From a virus, in the IMG/VR virus record IMGVR_UViG_3300035661_000009, positions 32,001 to 96,000 of that record: a stretch of 64,000 nucleotides of DNA; one strand, given 5' to 3'. The position numbers were made by a program, and so were the translations under genes. This document shows positions 1 to 10,656 of this stretch, piece by piece (the first letter of the stretch is position 1; each line of letters begins with the position of its first letter). The notes under the pieces were generated by a model. That model ran no database searches, was not told the origin of the DNA, and was given only the letters and a program-made list of their open reading frames with translations.

Positions 1-1
1 T

Positions 2-943
2 AATCCGTGCGCTGAAATTTCATTAAATCCAGATCAATTCTGCAATCTAACAATAGTAAATCAGACAGGGATTCTCAGCAAAGAAGATTTTTTATCGAGA
101 ATATACAGTGCGACGGTATTAGGTACGATACAGGCATCTTACACAAATTTCCCATATCTGTCCGAAAGCTGGAAACGTCAGACAGAAGCTGAAGCCTTGC
201 TTGGTATTTCATTTACAGGAATCGCCGATAGCAATGGTATAGTTACCGCTGAGTGGTTAAGGGAAGGGGCTAAGCTAGCTTTAGAAGTAAATGCAGAATT
301 TGCTAAAAAAATAGGAATTAATCAAGCAGCTAGAATTACTGCAATTAAACCAGAAGGATCGAGTTCTCTTGTATTAGGGTCTTCATCTGGAATCCATTCC
401 AGGAAGTCTAAATACTACTTACGTCGTGTTCAAATCAATAAAGATGACGCAATGTATCTCTATTTATTAGCCACAGTACCTAATCTAATAGAAGATGCCA
501 TTGGCGTACCCAATACTGCGGTAATCACCGTTCCACAGGAATCTCCAGATAACGCCCCTACAGAAGATAAAGAGACCGCTATGCAATTATTCAATAGGGT
601 GATGATGTATCAAAGGAATTGGATTACTCCGGGGCATCGTTCTGGTAAAAACAAACATAACGTAAGCGTAACCATTACTCCAAGAGAAGATGAATGGTCT
701 GAACTAGCAGAAGCTATGTGGGATAAGCGAGACCTTTATACAGGGATTAGTTTGTTCCCGTTCGATAATGGCTCATATCAGCAAGCTCCTTTTGAATCTT
801 GTGATAAAGATACTTTTGACAAGTATTACAGTCAGGTAAAAGAACTCGATTTAACTCAGGTTCGTGAACGTGAAAATCTGACAAATATGATAGAATCAGT
901 TAGTTGTGCTGGCGGCGCATGTGAAATAACATGGCTCAAGTAA
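2..943 (+). CDS. nrdJ: Class II (AdoCbl-dependent) ribonucleotide reductase, 5'-truncated by window
   Basis: Frame open from nt 2 reads NPCAEISL (RNR NPCxE motif) and FCNL, then TAIKPEGSSS; C-terminal CAGGACE cysteine pair is typical of monomeric class II RNRs. Confidence 0.9.
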   Translation, partial: NPCAEISLNPDQFCNLTIVNQTGILSKEDFLSRIYSATVLGTIQASYTNFPYLSESWKRQTEAEALLGISFTGIADSNGIVTAEWLREGAKLALEVNAEFAKKIGINQAARITAIKPEGSSSLVLGSSSGIHSRKSKYYLRRVQINKDDAMYLYLLATVPNLIEDAIGVPNTAVITVPQESPDNAPTEDKETAMQLFNRVMMYQRNWITPGHRSGKNKHNVSVTITPREDEWSELAEAMWDKRDLYTGISLFPFDNGSYQQAPFESCDKDTFDKYYSQVKELDLTQVRERENLTNMIESVSCAGGACEITWLK

Positions 944-949
944 GGATTT

Positions 950-1783
950 ATGGCTAAGATAATATCAAATGATGAAGTAGACGAAACGGAAGTTATAGAA
1001 CAAGATACTCAAGATCAACAATTAGATGATGTTCTAGATGAATTAGATGAAGAAACTCAAGAACTTGAGAATATGACGGAAGTAGAAGTAAGACTAGAAG
1101 AAGCTAATTATTTCAAGGCTTTACTTCAAAATCCACTGTTCTCTGATACAGATTCGCCCATAGCAGAAAGGGTAGAAAAGAGGGTTCGTGGGTTTATTCA
1201 ATCAGAATTGCGAATCCTGTTAGGTCTAGAAACGAGGAAGCTAATCCCAATTCAAGCCCAAAGCAATTTTACCCAAGAAGAAGAGAAGGTGCTAAAAGCG
1301 TTGGCTGGAAAGGTGCTAAGTAAAGAAAAAGTAGAACAAAAATCTGAACCAACCGTTAATACAGCAACACTACAGCCAGTACAGCAAGTTAAACCAGTTA
1401 CCGTAACTCAGGCGGTAGTTAAGAAGCCCGTTGCAGTAAGGGGTCGGCCGCCAGTGGCTAAGACCAAGAAAGAAGAGGCAAAGAAAGAAACTAAAGTGGA
1501 AGCCCCACTAAATAAACCCAAGACTGTAAAGATTAAGAGAATTGTCAATACTCCAGAAGGACCAAAGGAAGTTGAGATTGACGTTCCACAGTCACAAACC
1601 CAGCCTTCTGCTGTAACAAAACGACATCAGACCTTGACACAGGCCGAGGTCAATAATATAATGCAGCAGTCAGCTATCCAAGAAGCACCGGGTGGAATTC
1701 TTGGGCAAGCATTGAATTTAATAAACCCAGCATTGTCAGCACAACTAATAATAGATGATTCAGAATCAGGAGATTACGAATAA
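950..1783 (+). CDS. Hypothetical protein (acidic N-terminus, Lys/Pro-rich middle)
   Basis: 277-aa ORF, AAGGA upstream, operonic spacing. Confidence 0.8.
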   Translation: MAKIISNDEVDETEVIEQDTQDQQLDDVLDELDEETQELENMTEVEVRLEEANYFKALLQNPLFSDTDSPIAERVEKRVRGFIQSELRILLGLETRKLIPIQAQSNFTQEEEKVLKALAGKVLSKEKVEQKSEPTVNTATLQPVQQVKPVTVTQAVVKKPVAVRGRPPVAKTKKEEAKKETKVEAPLNKPKTVKIKRIVNTPEGPKEVEIDVPQSQTQPSAVTKRHQTLTQAEVNNIMQQSAIQEAPGGILGQALNLINPALSAQLIIDDSESGDYE

Positions 1784-2349
1784 TGGCTCAATTAACAATA
1801 ATAGATAGAATTAAACTTTTAGAAGAAAAACAAACAGGGTTAGATCAATCATTGGATCTAACACTTGAACAAGTAAAAGATACTAGTTCAACAACATTGA
1901 CGGTGGTAGACGCTGTAGTATCGGTATTACAAGACTTAAACCTAGCAGAAGATTTTGCTATGTTGGTTCAGAAGAAGATTCAACAAAAACGTCAAGAGCG
2001 TATTGATGGTCAATTAGCTCAAGAAAAGACTCAGCGAGACGCTATGGTCAATTCTGGCGTAATTAAGGTTACCGATACTGTAACCGAAAATTCAGTATTG
2101 GTAGTTAATGTAAAAACCCCAGAAGGTCAAACAATCGGGCTACCGTTACGAGCGGTCGAATTCAGCCAATTTAAGGCAGATTCTGGCCCGCGACTACTAG
2201 GCCAAAAGGTCGGATTCATACTTGAATCAGACTCAAAGGAAACTGTCGAAATAGTAGAAATCTTCGATATTGTTCAATCACAACCAATTCAACAAGAAGA
2301 AGTTGTAATTACTACACCAGAAGCTCCCGCTGCTCCAACCGAAGGCTAA
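1783..2349 (+). CDS. Hypothetical protein
   Basis: 188-aa ORF, TAATG coupling to previous gene. Confidence 0.8.
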   Translation: MAQLTIIDRIKLLEEKQTGLDQSLDLTLEQVKDTSSTTLTVVDAVVSVLQDLNLAEDFAMLVQKKIQQKRQERIDGQLAQEKTQRDAMVNSGVIKVTDTVTENSVLVVNVKTPEGQTIGLPLRAVEFSQFKADSGPRLLGQKVGFILESDSKETVEIVEIFDIVQSQPIQQEEVVITTPEAPAAPTEG

Positions 2350-2350
2350 A

Positions 2351-3658
2351 ATGAATTTTAAGATAGAATACGAAAACCAAGACATTAATTACTGGGCAGA
2401 TCTACATAAGACACTTATAAAGAAAGCCGCCCAAGATGGTGGTGTTCAAGGTTCGGATCTTTCTTGGAATGAATATCAAAAATACGTTTTTACTCATATT
2501 GACCGACCAGATTCCCCCGAAGCTACAGAGTTTCGGGGGAGTGGCAAGTTTAATCGTTTTATGAAGCAATGCGGTGGTTTTGCCGCATTAAAGGCTTCTG
2601 CTGGCGTTAGAATCCAACCAAAAGCCCTGATTATTAAGTCAAAGGCCAAGGCTGAAAGAAAAGTAGCTCAAAAAAAGGCTATGGAAGAGCTACGCGTAGC
2701 TACCATGGAAGAAGTGTTGGCGAAGATTTCACCCATCAATCCCACATACACCCTTCCTAAACGAGAAAAGTATCTAGAACGCCATCAACATTTAATTCTT
2801 TCAGACCTTCACTTCGGCTCAGATTTAAATCCGTTAGTTGGAGTTCGTAAATATGGGATCGTTGAAGAAGCTAGGTCTTTTGCTAAGATAGTTGTAGAAA
2901 CCGTAGAGCATAAGACTCAATACCGTAAAAACACTAAAATCTGGGCTAACTTAAATGGCGACATTATTCAAGGCGATATCCACGATCCAGCCAACTATGA
3001 CGACCTATCTAAACAAGTCGTTAGAGCTATCAATGTCCTTAGTCAAGGTATTGAAATCCTTGGCAGTAACTTCCCTGAAGTTGAATTAAACTGTGTAGGC
3101 GGTAATCACGACCGAAACTCACGTCGTCACCCGGACAGAGCAATGCAAGCAAAGCATGATTCTTGGGCATTTGTTATTTATCACGCCCTTAAGAATCGAT
3201 TTGCCAAACACCAAAACATAAAATTTAATATACCTTTAACGCCTTTTGTTACATACAAGTCATTTGACTCATGGTACTATGGAACTCACGGAGACACTCA
3301 ATTCCACCTACCTAATCCAAGTGGAACAGTAAACGTAAAAGCTTTAGAAAATGAAATAAATAGTTTAAATTCACGTATAAATAGTCCAAAATATAGTGTG
3401 GTATATTTTGGGCACGTACACTCAGGAATGTTGCTCCATTTGTCAAACGGTACGACATTAATAACCAATCCTCCGCTAGTTCCAACGGACGAATACGGCT
3501 CCTCACTTAACATTAATCCAGATAGCCCCACAGGGCAATGGCTGATAGAATCAGTACCCGGTCACGCAGTAGGTGACACTAGATTCGTTAGAGTTACAGA
3601 AGCTGATAGGCAGAACCCTGAATTATCAAAAGTTATCGACCACCGATACTGGAAGTAA
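2351..3658 (+). CDS. Calcineurin-like metallophosphoesterase/nuclease
   Basis: Motifs SDLH, GDII, GNHD, THGD, GHVH. Confidence 0.85.
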   Translation: MNFKIEYENQDINYWADLHKTLIKKAAQDGGVQGSDLSWNEYQKYVFTHIDRPDSPEATEFRGSGKFNRFMKQCGGFAALKASAGVRIQPKALIIKSKAKAERKVAQKKAMEELRVATMEEVLAKISPINPTYTLPKREKYLERHQHLILSDLHFGSDLNPLVGVRKYGIVEEARSFAKIVVETVEHKTQYRKNTKIWANLNGDIIQGDIHDPANYDDLSKQVVRAINVLSQGIEILGSNFPEVELNCVGGNHDRNSRRHPDRAMQAKHDSWAFVIYHALKNRFAKHQNIKFNIPLTPFVTYKSFDSWYYGTHGDTQFHLPNPSGTVNVKALENEINSLNSRINSPKYSVVYFGHVHSGMLLHLSNGTTLITNPPLVPTDEYGSSLNINPDSPTGQWLIESVPGHAVGDTRFVRVTEADRQNPELSKVIDHRYWK

Positions 3659-3659
3659 A

Positions 3660-3866
3660 ATGCAAGATGTTAAAGAAAAAATAGAAAACGATCCACATTT
3701 TATCAATATTAAGCGTTTTGATTACTCAATAGACAAGCTCTTAGAACGATATCCCGAAGGGGCTCCAACTAAGATAATTTGTCAAGCGCTTAATATGACC
3801 GAAAAAGAAGTGGAAGAACTGTATACTTCCGTAGTTGAGAAGCTTAAACTGAAACTAGCAATTTAA
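3660..3866 (+). CDS. Small HTH protein (sigma region-4-like)
   Basis: ATG at 3660 directly after previous stop; PTKIICQALNMTEKEVEEL resembles an HTH. Confidence 0.6.
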   Translation: MQDVKEKIENDPHFINIKRFDYSIDKLLERYPEGAPTKIICQALNMTEKEVEELYTSVVEKLKLKLAI

Positions 3867-3923
3867 TCAACATTAGAATACCAATCTTCACCTTGCACTT
3901 AGTGCCACTAACCCAATTTTATC

Positions 3924-6900
3924 ATGTCAAAACTACAAAATTTTAGCTCTCCTCACTGCCATTTACAATCCTTAGACACCGCAACTACGCTTGATGAATT
4001 CGTTCGTCGCGAGGTTGAACTCGAAACCGGCACCTTAACCTGTACAGATCACGGGTATTTAGGTGCTTGTCGCGATGCTTATAGACTAGCAAAAGAAAAC
4101 AAATTAACTCCAATTCTAGGTATTGAAGGTTATCACCGAGATGATAACTGCGATATTCTTGGCAATGCTGGATTTAAGAAAGATTCTAAAGGCACATATC
4201 AAGATATCTATAAGTATGGTCATATTACTATTCACGCTCTTGACCAAAAGAGTTTTGAATTCATTATTAAGAAGACATCAGACCGCGATTTAACCGCAGA
4301 ACAACACGGCTCTGAACGTAAACCTATTTTTACTTGGGACGATCTTGAAGAAATCGGTGCTCAAAACGTCACCTACACAACGGGCTGCCTAATCGGAGTT
4401 GTAGGTAGGCACTTTAAAGATGGTAGAGTTGAGATTGCAGATAAATATTACGACCGTCTTCGCAGTTTTATCAAGCAAGAGAACTTCTATGTCGAATTAT
4501 TTACACACAAATGCGATAAAAATTGGGTAAGTGGTGCGTTCTTAACTCTAGAGGGTGGAGAAACTAAGAAATATTATCTAGGCAAAAAGGTTAAAACTGA
4601 AGAATTTGAAGAAATCAGCGTAGCCGACTTAGCCAAAGCAGTAGGCAAGGGCAAGAAGGTTGGTAAATTACTTGCCATTAAGAACAATCGGTCTTGGGAT
4701 GTCATAGAACCTAAGGAAATTGTTGATTGTCAGATAATTCAAGACTTCATAACTAACGAATGCACCCCTTGGAACCCTGACGGAGACATACAGAAGGCAC
4801 TTAATCAATATATGCTCCAGAAGGCCGCTAAATACGGAGATAAGGTTTTGATTTCTGATGACGCTCACTATGCCTTCCCTGAAGAAAAAATCATTCAGGA
4901 AGCCAAATTAGGTGGTATGGGAGATAGTTTTAGGTTCTATGGTAACTATCATAGGCATACTTCAGATGAAGCCTTTGTTCATTTTAAGGAAACTCTTGGT
5001 CTTGATGAAAAGCAATTTCAAAAAATCTTAAATAATAATATTGAGTGGGCAGAAAAGTTTAAGAATTTTGAATTAAAGAATGAAATCTCACTCCCCACCT
5101 CATTCTATCCTAAAAATACTCTTGAGCATCTAATTAAGCTAATTAATGAAAAAGGGCGCATGGATTGGGGTAATGAAGTCATGAAAGCCAGACTTCAGTC
5201 AGAAATAGAACTAATCCATAAAAATGGTACAATTGATTTAATCCCCTACTTCTTCTTAGCTGAAGAAGGTGTAAGAATTCACGAAGAAGCTGAAGTATTG
5301 ACTGGGGTAGGTCGCGGCTCTGCTGCTGGAATGTTAATTTCGTATCTTCTTGGCATTACTCATATAGATCCATTGAAGTACGATCTAAGTCAAGATCGAT
5401 TTCTGACATCAGATCGTATCAAAACTGGTAAGTTACCAGATATTGATCAAGATCTTCCTAATAGAGATTTGCTCCTACCTTGGCTAAAATCTAGATTCGG
5501 GAATAATTCTGCTCAAGTAAGCACGAACGGCTTATTAAGATTAAAATCTTCTATATTAAATGTAGCCAGAGCTACTTGGGGGTCTGTCCCAGTAGAAATT
5601 GAATTATTGACCAAATCCATACCTAGTACCCCGCAAGGAGTAGAAGATCTTGATTTTATTTATGGATATGTCTCTGAGGACGAGAAAGAAGTAAAGGGAC
5701 TATTAGAAACTCACGATGAATTAAAAGCTTATACGAAGAAATATCCAGAACAGTGGGCAATTGTTTTAAAAATGGCGGGAACTCAGAGAAGTAAGGGGCG
5801 TCACGCCTCGGCTTGGGTTATTGCAGATAAACCTATAGATTCATTTATTCCTGTAATGACTATTGGTGGTTTTAGAGCAACAGCTTATACTCATAAAGCT
5901 TGCGAAGAATCTGGTGCTTTAAAGATGGATTATCTATCTTTAAACACGCTTATTGATATTCAAGGAGCTTTAAGGCTTATTCAACAAAGAAGCGCTAATA
6001 AGCCTATTGAGAAGTCTTATATATTGAATGGCAAGAAAGTTCCTAGTTTTAGAATAGTTCCATTTGAAGGTAAAATGTATGATATTTGGGATCTTCCTGA
6101 AAGGACGGAAGTATTCAATGAAATTGCAGATGGAAAGACAGAAACTGTATTTCAATTAAGCACCTCTTCAGCAAAAAAATGGTTAAAAGAGTTCAACTAT
6201 TGGACGAACGATGATCGTAAAGAAAAATCAATCAATAGCATTGCCTCTATTTCAGCTTTTACCGCTCTTGATCGTCCGGGGCCTCTGGATGCCATTATCA
6301 CGGATGGAGTTAGTAGTAGGAACATGCTAGAAGAATACGCCAGCCGCGCCCGTGGAGAACAACCACTAGACGAAATTCCGTTTATGACTCATGCATTGCC
6401 AGAAACATTTGGAACAATGGTTTACCAAGAGCAGTTGCAGTCTATTTATCAACAACTTACTGACTGTACTGGTATTGAAGCCAATAAGTTTCGCGAAGAC
6501 GTTTCAAAGAAGAAGGTCACTAAGATTAACGAAAGGTTCCCATCTTTTATTAAAGCAGCCACAGATAAGATAGGGGCTGAATCAGCCAAAAAAATTTGGG
6601 ATCAGATATTTACTTTCGGGCAATACGGATTCAATAAAAGTATGGATGGAACAACAATCCTAAATTACAAAGGTGGCCAAAAGCAACTTAAGGATTTTAA
6701 GGGAGGCGAAATAGTCAATGGCGTTAACGAGCATGGGAATGTAATAGAAACTGAAGTGGTTAAATTACATAATCATGGTGTTTTAGCTGCCTTTGAAATT
6801 ACGTTCGATGATAATTCAAAAGTAACGTCTTCAATTAATCACAAGTTCCTTACGGAAGAAGGCCAAAAACCATTGTATGAAATCATTAATAGAGGAATCG

Positions 6901-8327
6901 AAGTGTACAGCAGACCTGAAGTCAATGACCCGGCCTTAACGTTATTGTCACAGGAAGAAGTGTCTAATTTGTCGCAAGACAAAGCCCTTGATACGGCTAG
7001 CGGCACCGTGCTTCGTAAGTTCCAGCGGCAGGTTAAAAACAGAATGGCTGGAATAGCTTATAGCGATGCTCCAGTCTCCAAAACCCGGAGTATGGTGTTG
7101 CGGAAAATTGTACGAATCCGTTACATGGGCCCAAAACAAATGTACGATCTTGAAGTATCCCACCCCAAACATAATTTTCTCCTCCCAAATGGAGTAGTGA
7201 CTAGTAATAGCCACAGCACCAGTTACGCAGTTACCGCCTACGCCTGTGCCTTCTTAAAATACTATTTTCCTCTAGAATGGTGGTGTGGAGTTCTACAAAA
7301 CGCAGAGAAAGAAGAGATTGCTGTTAAATTTTGGAAGCACTGTAAGAGTTTTATCAACCTTCCAGAAATCTCTCTATCTGAAGACAACTTCACGGTCAAA
7401 AATAACCGTATTCAGGCCCCAATTGGAATGCTTGTTGGTGTAGGTCCAAAGGCACAGCAAGAATTATCTAAATATCGTCCATACACCTCAATTACCGACT
7501 TTACTGATAAAATTAGTAAGCACAAAAGAGCTGGTGCTAAGGTACTTGGCGAGAAGGTCAAGGCAGGAACTAGTGCGTTGAATCGCGGAGTCGTAAGCAA
7601 GCTGATAGTAAGCGGCGTAATGGATACACTATTCCCCTCTAATTTAGATACCATAGGCAAGTTAGAGACATTTGAAACAGCCTTAGGAGTATCGTTAGGC
7701 AAGCGTACACAAAAGATTAAAGAAGAGTACCGTGGAATAACTCCTATTAAGATTTATCAATATAAGAAGGAAATTTTACCTGTCTATACAGATTCATTAC
7801 AGAAGTATTTATACGATCTACATATTGACGGAGTAGAAAAAAAGATTAAAACCATAGGTGGCGTAGAACAAGTAGTTTATACTTACCTCCCTACCAATCC
7901 AGAAACTATTGATTATATTACCAAATCTTTTGATAAGAAAGAATTCGTAGGAAAGTTAGTATTTGTTGATGGAGAAATCTTGTCTTATATGGACAAAGAT
8001 GCTATAGTCGACCCCAATGAGCCATTGCACGTAGCAGTTGCGGCATATGTCATTGATGCTCGTCCGTTTAGCTTCATTTCTAAGAAAACTAAGAAAACTA
8101 AGAAAGCTGTAGAGTTTACATTAGATATAAACGGAGAAGTATTCAAGGTAGTGAAGTGGACAACTAAGCAGGGTGAAGTAATTGTGCCAGAAAATCCAGT
8201 AATAGGTTCGATAGTTATAGCTATACTAGGAAGATGGAACGAAAGAGGTTTTTCAATAGAATCAATTCAAAAAGTAGTAGAACCAGCAAACTCAGAACCA
8301 GAAAAGGAAGAATTAAGTGAAAAATAA
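3924..8327 (+). CDS. dnaE: DNA polymerase III alpha subunit (family C) with intein
   Basis: PHP motifs (HCH, TDHG, SDDAHY), GRGSAAG, PDIDQD, YQEQ, GFNK/SHS, YFPLEW. Confidence 0.95.
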   Translation: MSKLQNFSSPHCHLQSLDTATTLDEFVRREVELETGTLTCTDHGYLGACRDAYRLAKENKLTPILGIEGYHRDDNCDILGNAGFKKDSKGTYQDIYKYGHITIHALDQKSFEFIIKKTSDRDLTAEQHGSERKPIFTWDDLEEIGAQNVTYTTGCLIGVVGRHFKDGRVEIADKYYDRLRSFIKQENFYVELFTHKCDKNWVSGAFLTLEGGETKKYYLGKKVKTEEFEEISVADLAKAVGKGKKVGKLLAIKNNRSWDVIEPKEIVDCQIIQDFITNECTPWNPDGDIQKALNQYMLQKAAKYGDKVLISDDAHYAFPEEKIIQEAKLGGMGDSFRFYGNYHRHTSDEAFVHFKETLGLDEKQFQKILNNNIEWAEKFKNFELKNEISLPTSFYPKNTLEHLIKLINEKGRMDWGNEVMKARLQSEIELIHKNGTIDLIPYFFLAEEGVRIHEEAEVLTGVGRGSAAGMLISYLLGITHIDPLKYDLSQDRFLTSDRIKTGKLPDIDQDLPNRDLLLPWLKSRFGNNSAQVSTNGLLRLKSSILNVARATWGSVPVEIELLTKSIPSTPQGVEDLDFIYGYVSEDEKEVKGLLETHDELKAYTKKYPEQWAIVLKMAGTQRSKGRHASAWVIADKPIDSFIPVMTIGGFRATAYTHKACEESGALKMDYLSLNTLIDIQGALRLIQQRSANKPIEKSYILNGKKVPSFRIVPFEGKMYDIWDLPERTEVFNEIADGKTETVFQLSTSSAKKWLKEFNYWTNDDRKEKSINSIASISAFTALDRPGPLDAIITDGVSSRNMLEEYASRARGEQPLDEIPFMTHALPETFGTMVYQEQLQSIYQQLTDCTGIEANKFREDVSKKKVTKINERFPSFIKAATDKIGAESAKKIWDQIFTFGQYGFNKSMDGTTILNYKGGQKQLKDFKGGEIVNGVNEHGNVIETEVVKLHNHGVLAAFEITFDDNSKVTSSINHKFLTEEGQKPLYEIINRGIEVYSRPEVNDPALTLLSQEEVSNLSQDKALDTASGTVLRKFQRQVKNRMAGIAYSDAPVSKTRSMVLRKIVRIRYMGPKQMYDLEVSHPKHNFLLPNGVVTSNSHSTSYAVTAYACAFLKYYFPLEWWCGVLQNAEKEEIAVKFWKHCKSFINLPEISLSEDNFTVKNNRIQAPIGMLVGVGPKAQQELSKYRPYTSITDFTDKISKHKRAGAKVLGEKVKAGTSALNRGVVSKLIVSGVMDTLFPSNLDTIGKLETFETALGVSLGKRTQKIKEEYRGITPIKIYQYKKEILPVYTDSLQKYLYDLHIDGVEKKIKTIGGVEQVVYTYLPTNPETIDYITKSFDKKEFVGKLVFVDGEILSYMDKDAIVDPNEPLHVAVAAYVIDARPFSFISKKTKKTKKAVEFTLDINGEVFKVVKWTTKQGEVIVPENPVIGSIVIAILGRWNERGFSIESIQKVVEPANSEPEKEELSEK
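6639..7208 (+). mobile_element. Mini-intein (190 aa, no endonuclease) in DnaE
   Basis: Splits the conserved FNK|SHS; starts SMDGTT, has block B SSINHKF, block F MYDLEV, and ends VVTSN before Ser+1. Confidence 0.85.
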
Positions 8328-9066
8328 ATTAGAATCATTATCAAAACTATTAGAAACAATAGAAAGTACAGAAGCCGAAGCTACGCTAGATGTAATGAAT
8401 TTCCCATATGCCAATCGTCCAAGCATAGAAATGCGCGTCCGCCAGTCAAAAACAGCGCTGCCTAAGTTACGTAGCGACTATGGTCGAGAATTCATTAAAA
8501 CCGTAACCAAGGTTATTATTAATTCAGACAAAGAAGGCAGCGCCCAACTAGCTAAGTTAGTGTCAAAAGAAGGAGTGATTGCCAAGCCCGCAAATACAGT
8601 GTATGATATGCTTACAGACTTCACTGCCCCTCGGCTAGATAATAACGTATTTACAACTAACAGTTTCTTGGCCTTAATGGAAATGATGCATACGACTGCC
8701 CGTGGCTTTAGTTTGCGAGCAAAAGCAGAAACCCAAGCACCGCCGCCTATAAACATAGAACACAGAAGCCAATTACACGCATTGGTTAAAGATTTCGTAG
8801 ATAAGTTCTATGGTCCAATTCTTAACGAATTGCACATAACTAATGAATTAATTAATCAAGCTTTATCTGATAAGTTAAACAAAGAAGTAACGGTATTAAT
8901 CGTTCCTGAAACGTCTAACAAGTTAGATAATCTACTAGCAGGGCAGCCCTCTTTGCAAGTAGAGTTGGATCCGGGCGAAGAAGTAAATAAGTCGTTAGCA
9001 ATGAAGATATACAGAAAAGTCTCAGATTCATTCAACAAACAAACAATCAAAACAAATAAGGAATAA
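8317..9066 (+). CDS. Hypothetical protein
   Basis: 249-aa ORF overlapping the dnaE end; AAGGA upstream. Confidence 0.8.
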   Translation: MKNKLESLSKLLETIESTEAEATLDVMNFPYANRPSIEMRVRQSKTALPKLRSDYGREFIKTVTKVIINSDKEGSAQLAKLVSKEGVIAKPANTVYDMLTDFTAPRLDNNVFTTNSFLALMEMMHTTARGFSLRAKAETQAPPPINIEHRSQLHALVKDFVDKFYGPILNELHITNELINQALSDKLNKEVTVLIVPETSNKLDNLLAGQPSLQVELDPGEEVNKSLAMKIYRKVSDSFNKQTIKTNKE

Positions 9067-9067
9067 T

Positions 9068-10051
9068 ATGTCAAATATCGGAAAACCAGTATACGGAAAT
9101 CAAAGTAACGCAAAAGCAAATGCAGCAAACGCCAATTGGAAGATTGGCGACGAAGGTAGTCATATTTACCGAGTGTTGCCTCCATTTGGCACTAATGCAG
9201 AAAGCGGTCGGTGGTCACAATACGAAGCTTTACATTGGGGCTTTGCATTAAGTAACGGGAAGAAGCGTGTATTCCGTTGCATGCAACGAAAGAACCGCAA
9301 GACAGGCATGATAGATGTAGAATGCCCAATGTGTACTAAAATTGAAGAACAAAAAGCCGTTCTTGAACAAAAGCAAAAAGAATTAAAATCAAGCGGAAAA
9401 AGCAAAGATCAGATAAAGGCAATTTTAGAGCCTCTAAATGACTGGCTCCAACGCTATAACGTTCAAAAAGGTCACTTCGTTAACGCCCTTCGTCGTGACG
9501 GTCAAATCGGTCGATTGTTTATTAAGATTAAGTGTAAGCAATCATTAGATAAAACCTGCAAGGAATTGGTTGAAAAAGAAGGTATCGACCCAATTTGGGC
9601 TCAAGAAGGCGTATGGCTAGATTTTCAACGTACGGGAATGGATAGAGATACTACATACAATGTTGTTCCAGCAATGGAAGACATTGAAGTAAATGGTCGT
9701 AGATTAAAGGACATTTGTCGTGCGCCACTCAATGAAGAAATAATTGAACGCATGAAGAAAGAAGCTTGGGATTTGGCTACATATCATAAAGACTTAGCTT
9801 ACAACGAAATACTTATGCTAGTTAATTCAGATGGTGACCCGGAAATAGTTGATTCAGTATTCGGGGCACCAGCAATATCAACTGCCCCCAAGGCCGAACC
9901 GGAATATGAACCTGAAGAAAGCGATGTAGATCCGGCTCCTGCTAAAGTAGCTCCTCCAGCACGACCTAAGGTAAGCAATACAGCTAGCTCAAGGGCTGTA
10001 ATGGCATCTGCCGAAGAGTTCATGAAGGAAATTAACAAGGACGACCTGTAA
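9068..10051 (+). CDS. Single-stranded DNA-binding protein (T4 gp32-like)
   Basis: YRVLPP, HW, C..CPMC zinc-site pattern, acidic C-terminal tail, position next to recombinase. Confidence 0.7.
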   Translation: MSNIGKPVYGNQSNAKANAANANWKIGDEGSHIYRVLPPFGTNAESGRWSQYEALHWGFALSNGKKRVFRCMQRKNRKTGMIDVECPMCTKIEEQKAVLEQKQKELKSSGKSKDQIKAILEPLNDWLQRYNVQKGHFVNALRRDGQIGRLFIKIKCKQSLDKTCKELVEKEGIDPIWAQEGVWLDFQRTGMDRDTTYNVVPAMEDIEVNGRRLKDICRAPLNEEIIERMKKEAWDLATYHKDLAYNEILMLVNSDGDPEIVDSVFGAPAISTAPKAEPEYEPEESDVDPAPAKVAPPARPKVSNTASSRAVMASAEEFMKEINKDDL

Positions 10052-10098
10052 TACCTTGGGTGGGGAGCAATCCTCGCCCTCTTTTTAGGAGTATAAGA

Positions 10099-10656
10099 AT
10101 GTTCGAACTTGGCACATTACTAAAGATTCCACGGGGAACCCCAAACGTTCCACCACTGATCTTAGAATTACAAGAAATAGAAACTGTAGAAAAACGTAAA
10201 CACGAAATCACGTTTGCTAATAAAGAAACAGCGCCTGAATTAATGCATATCTTTAATAAGGCATATTGTGCAGTAACCAGAATGTTAGCTCAGGTAAGTT
10301 ATGAATACTCAGAAGCTCGCAAATGGGCTGACAAGCGTAAAGGTGCGATATTATTAGATATAGCCCCAGAAATACTAAAGAAAAAGGGATTATCAAGTAG
10401 TGTAGATTTACGAAAGGCGGTGTTAGATCAAGATGAAGAATATTTAGTTTTACTTGATAAATTAAATATGCTAGAAGCCGTACACGAATACCTAAGATCT
10501 AAAGCAAAGGGATTCGAGATGTCATATCAATCAACAAAGAAAATATTCGATCAATCAAATAACGGCTTAGGCAATACACATAATATGTATTCTTTCGGCG
10601 TTGAAGAATCACCAGATCCAGACGATAAAAAAATAGGAAAACCAAAATATGGCTAA
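10099..10656 (+). CDS. Helical protein, possible UvsY-like recombination mediator
   Basis: AGGAG before ATG 10099; coiled-coil character; lies between SSB and RecA-like genes. Confidence 0.5.
   Translation: MFELGTLLKIPRGTPNVPPLILELQEIETVEKRKHEITFANKETAPELMHIFNKAYCAVTRMLAQVSYEYSEARKWADKRKGAILLDIAPEILKKKGLSSSVDLRKAVLDQDEEYLVLLDKLNMLEAVHEYLRSKAKGFEMSYQSTKKIFDQSNNGLGNTHNMYSFGVEESPDPDDKKIGKPKYG

Noticed and set aside
2513-2541. Hairpin CCCCCGAAGCT/AGTTTCGGGGG inside the phosphoesterase gene as a terminator
   Set aside because: It lies within an open CDS with no U-tract; function cannot be supported.
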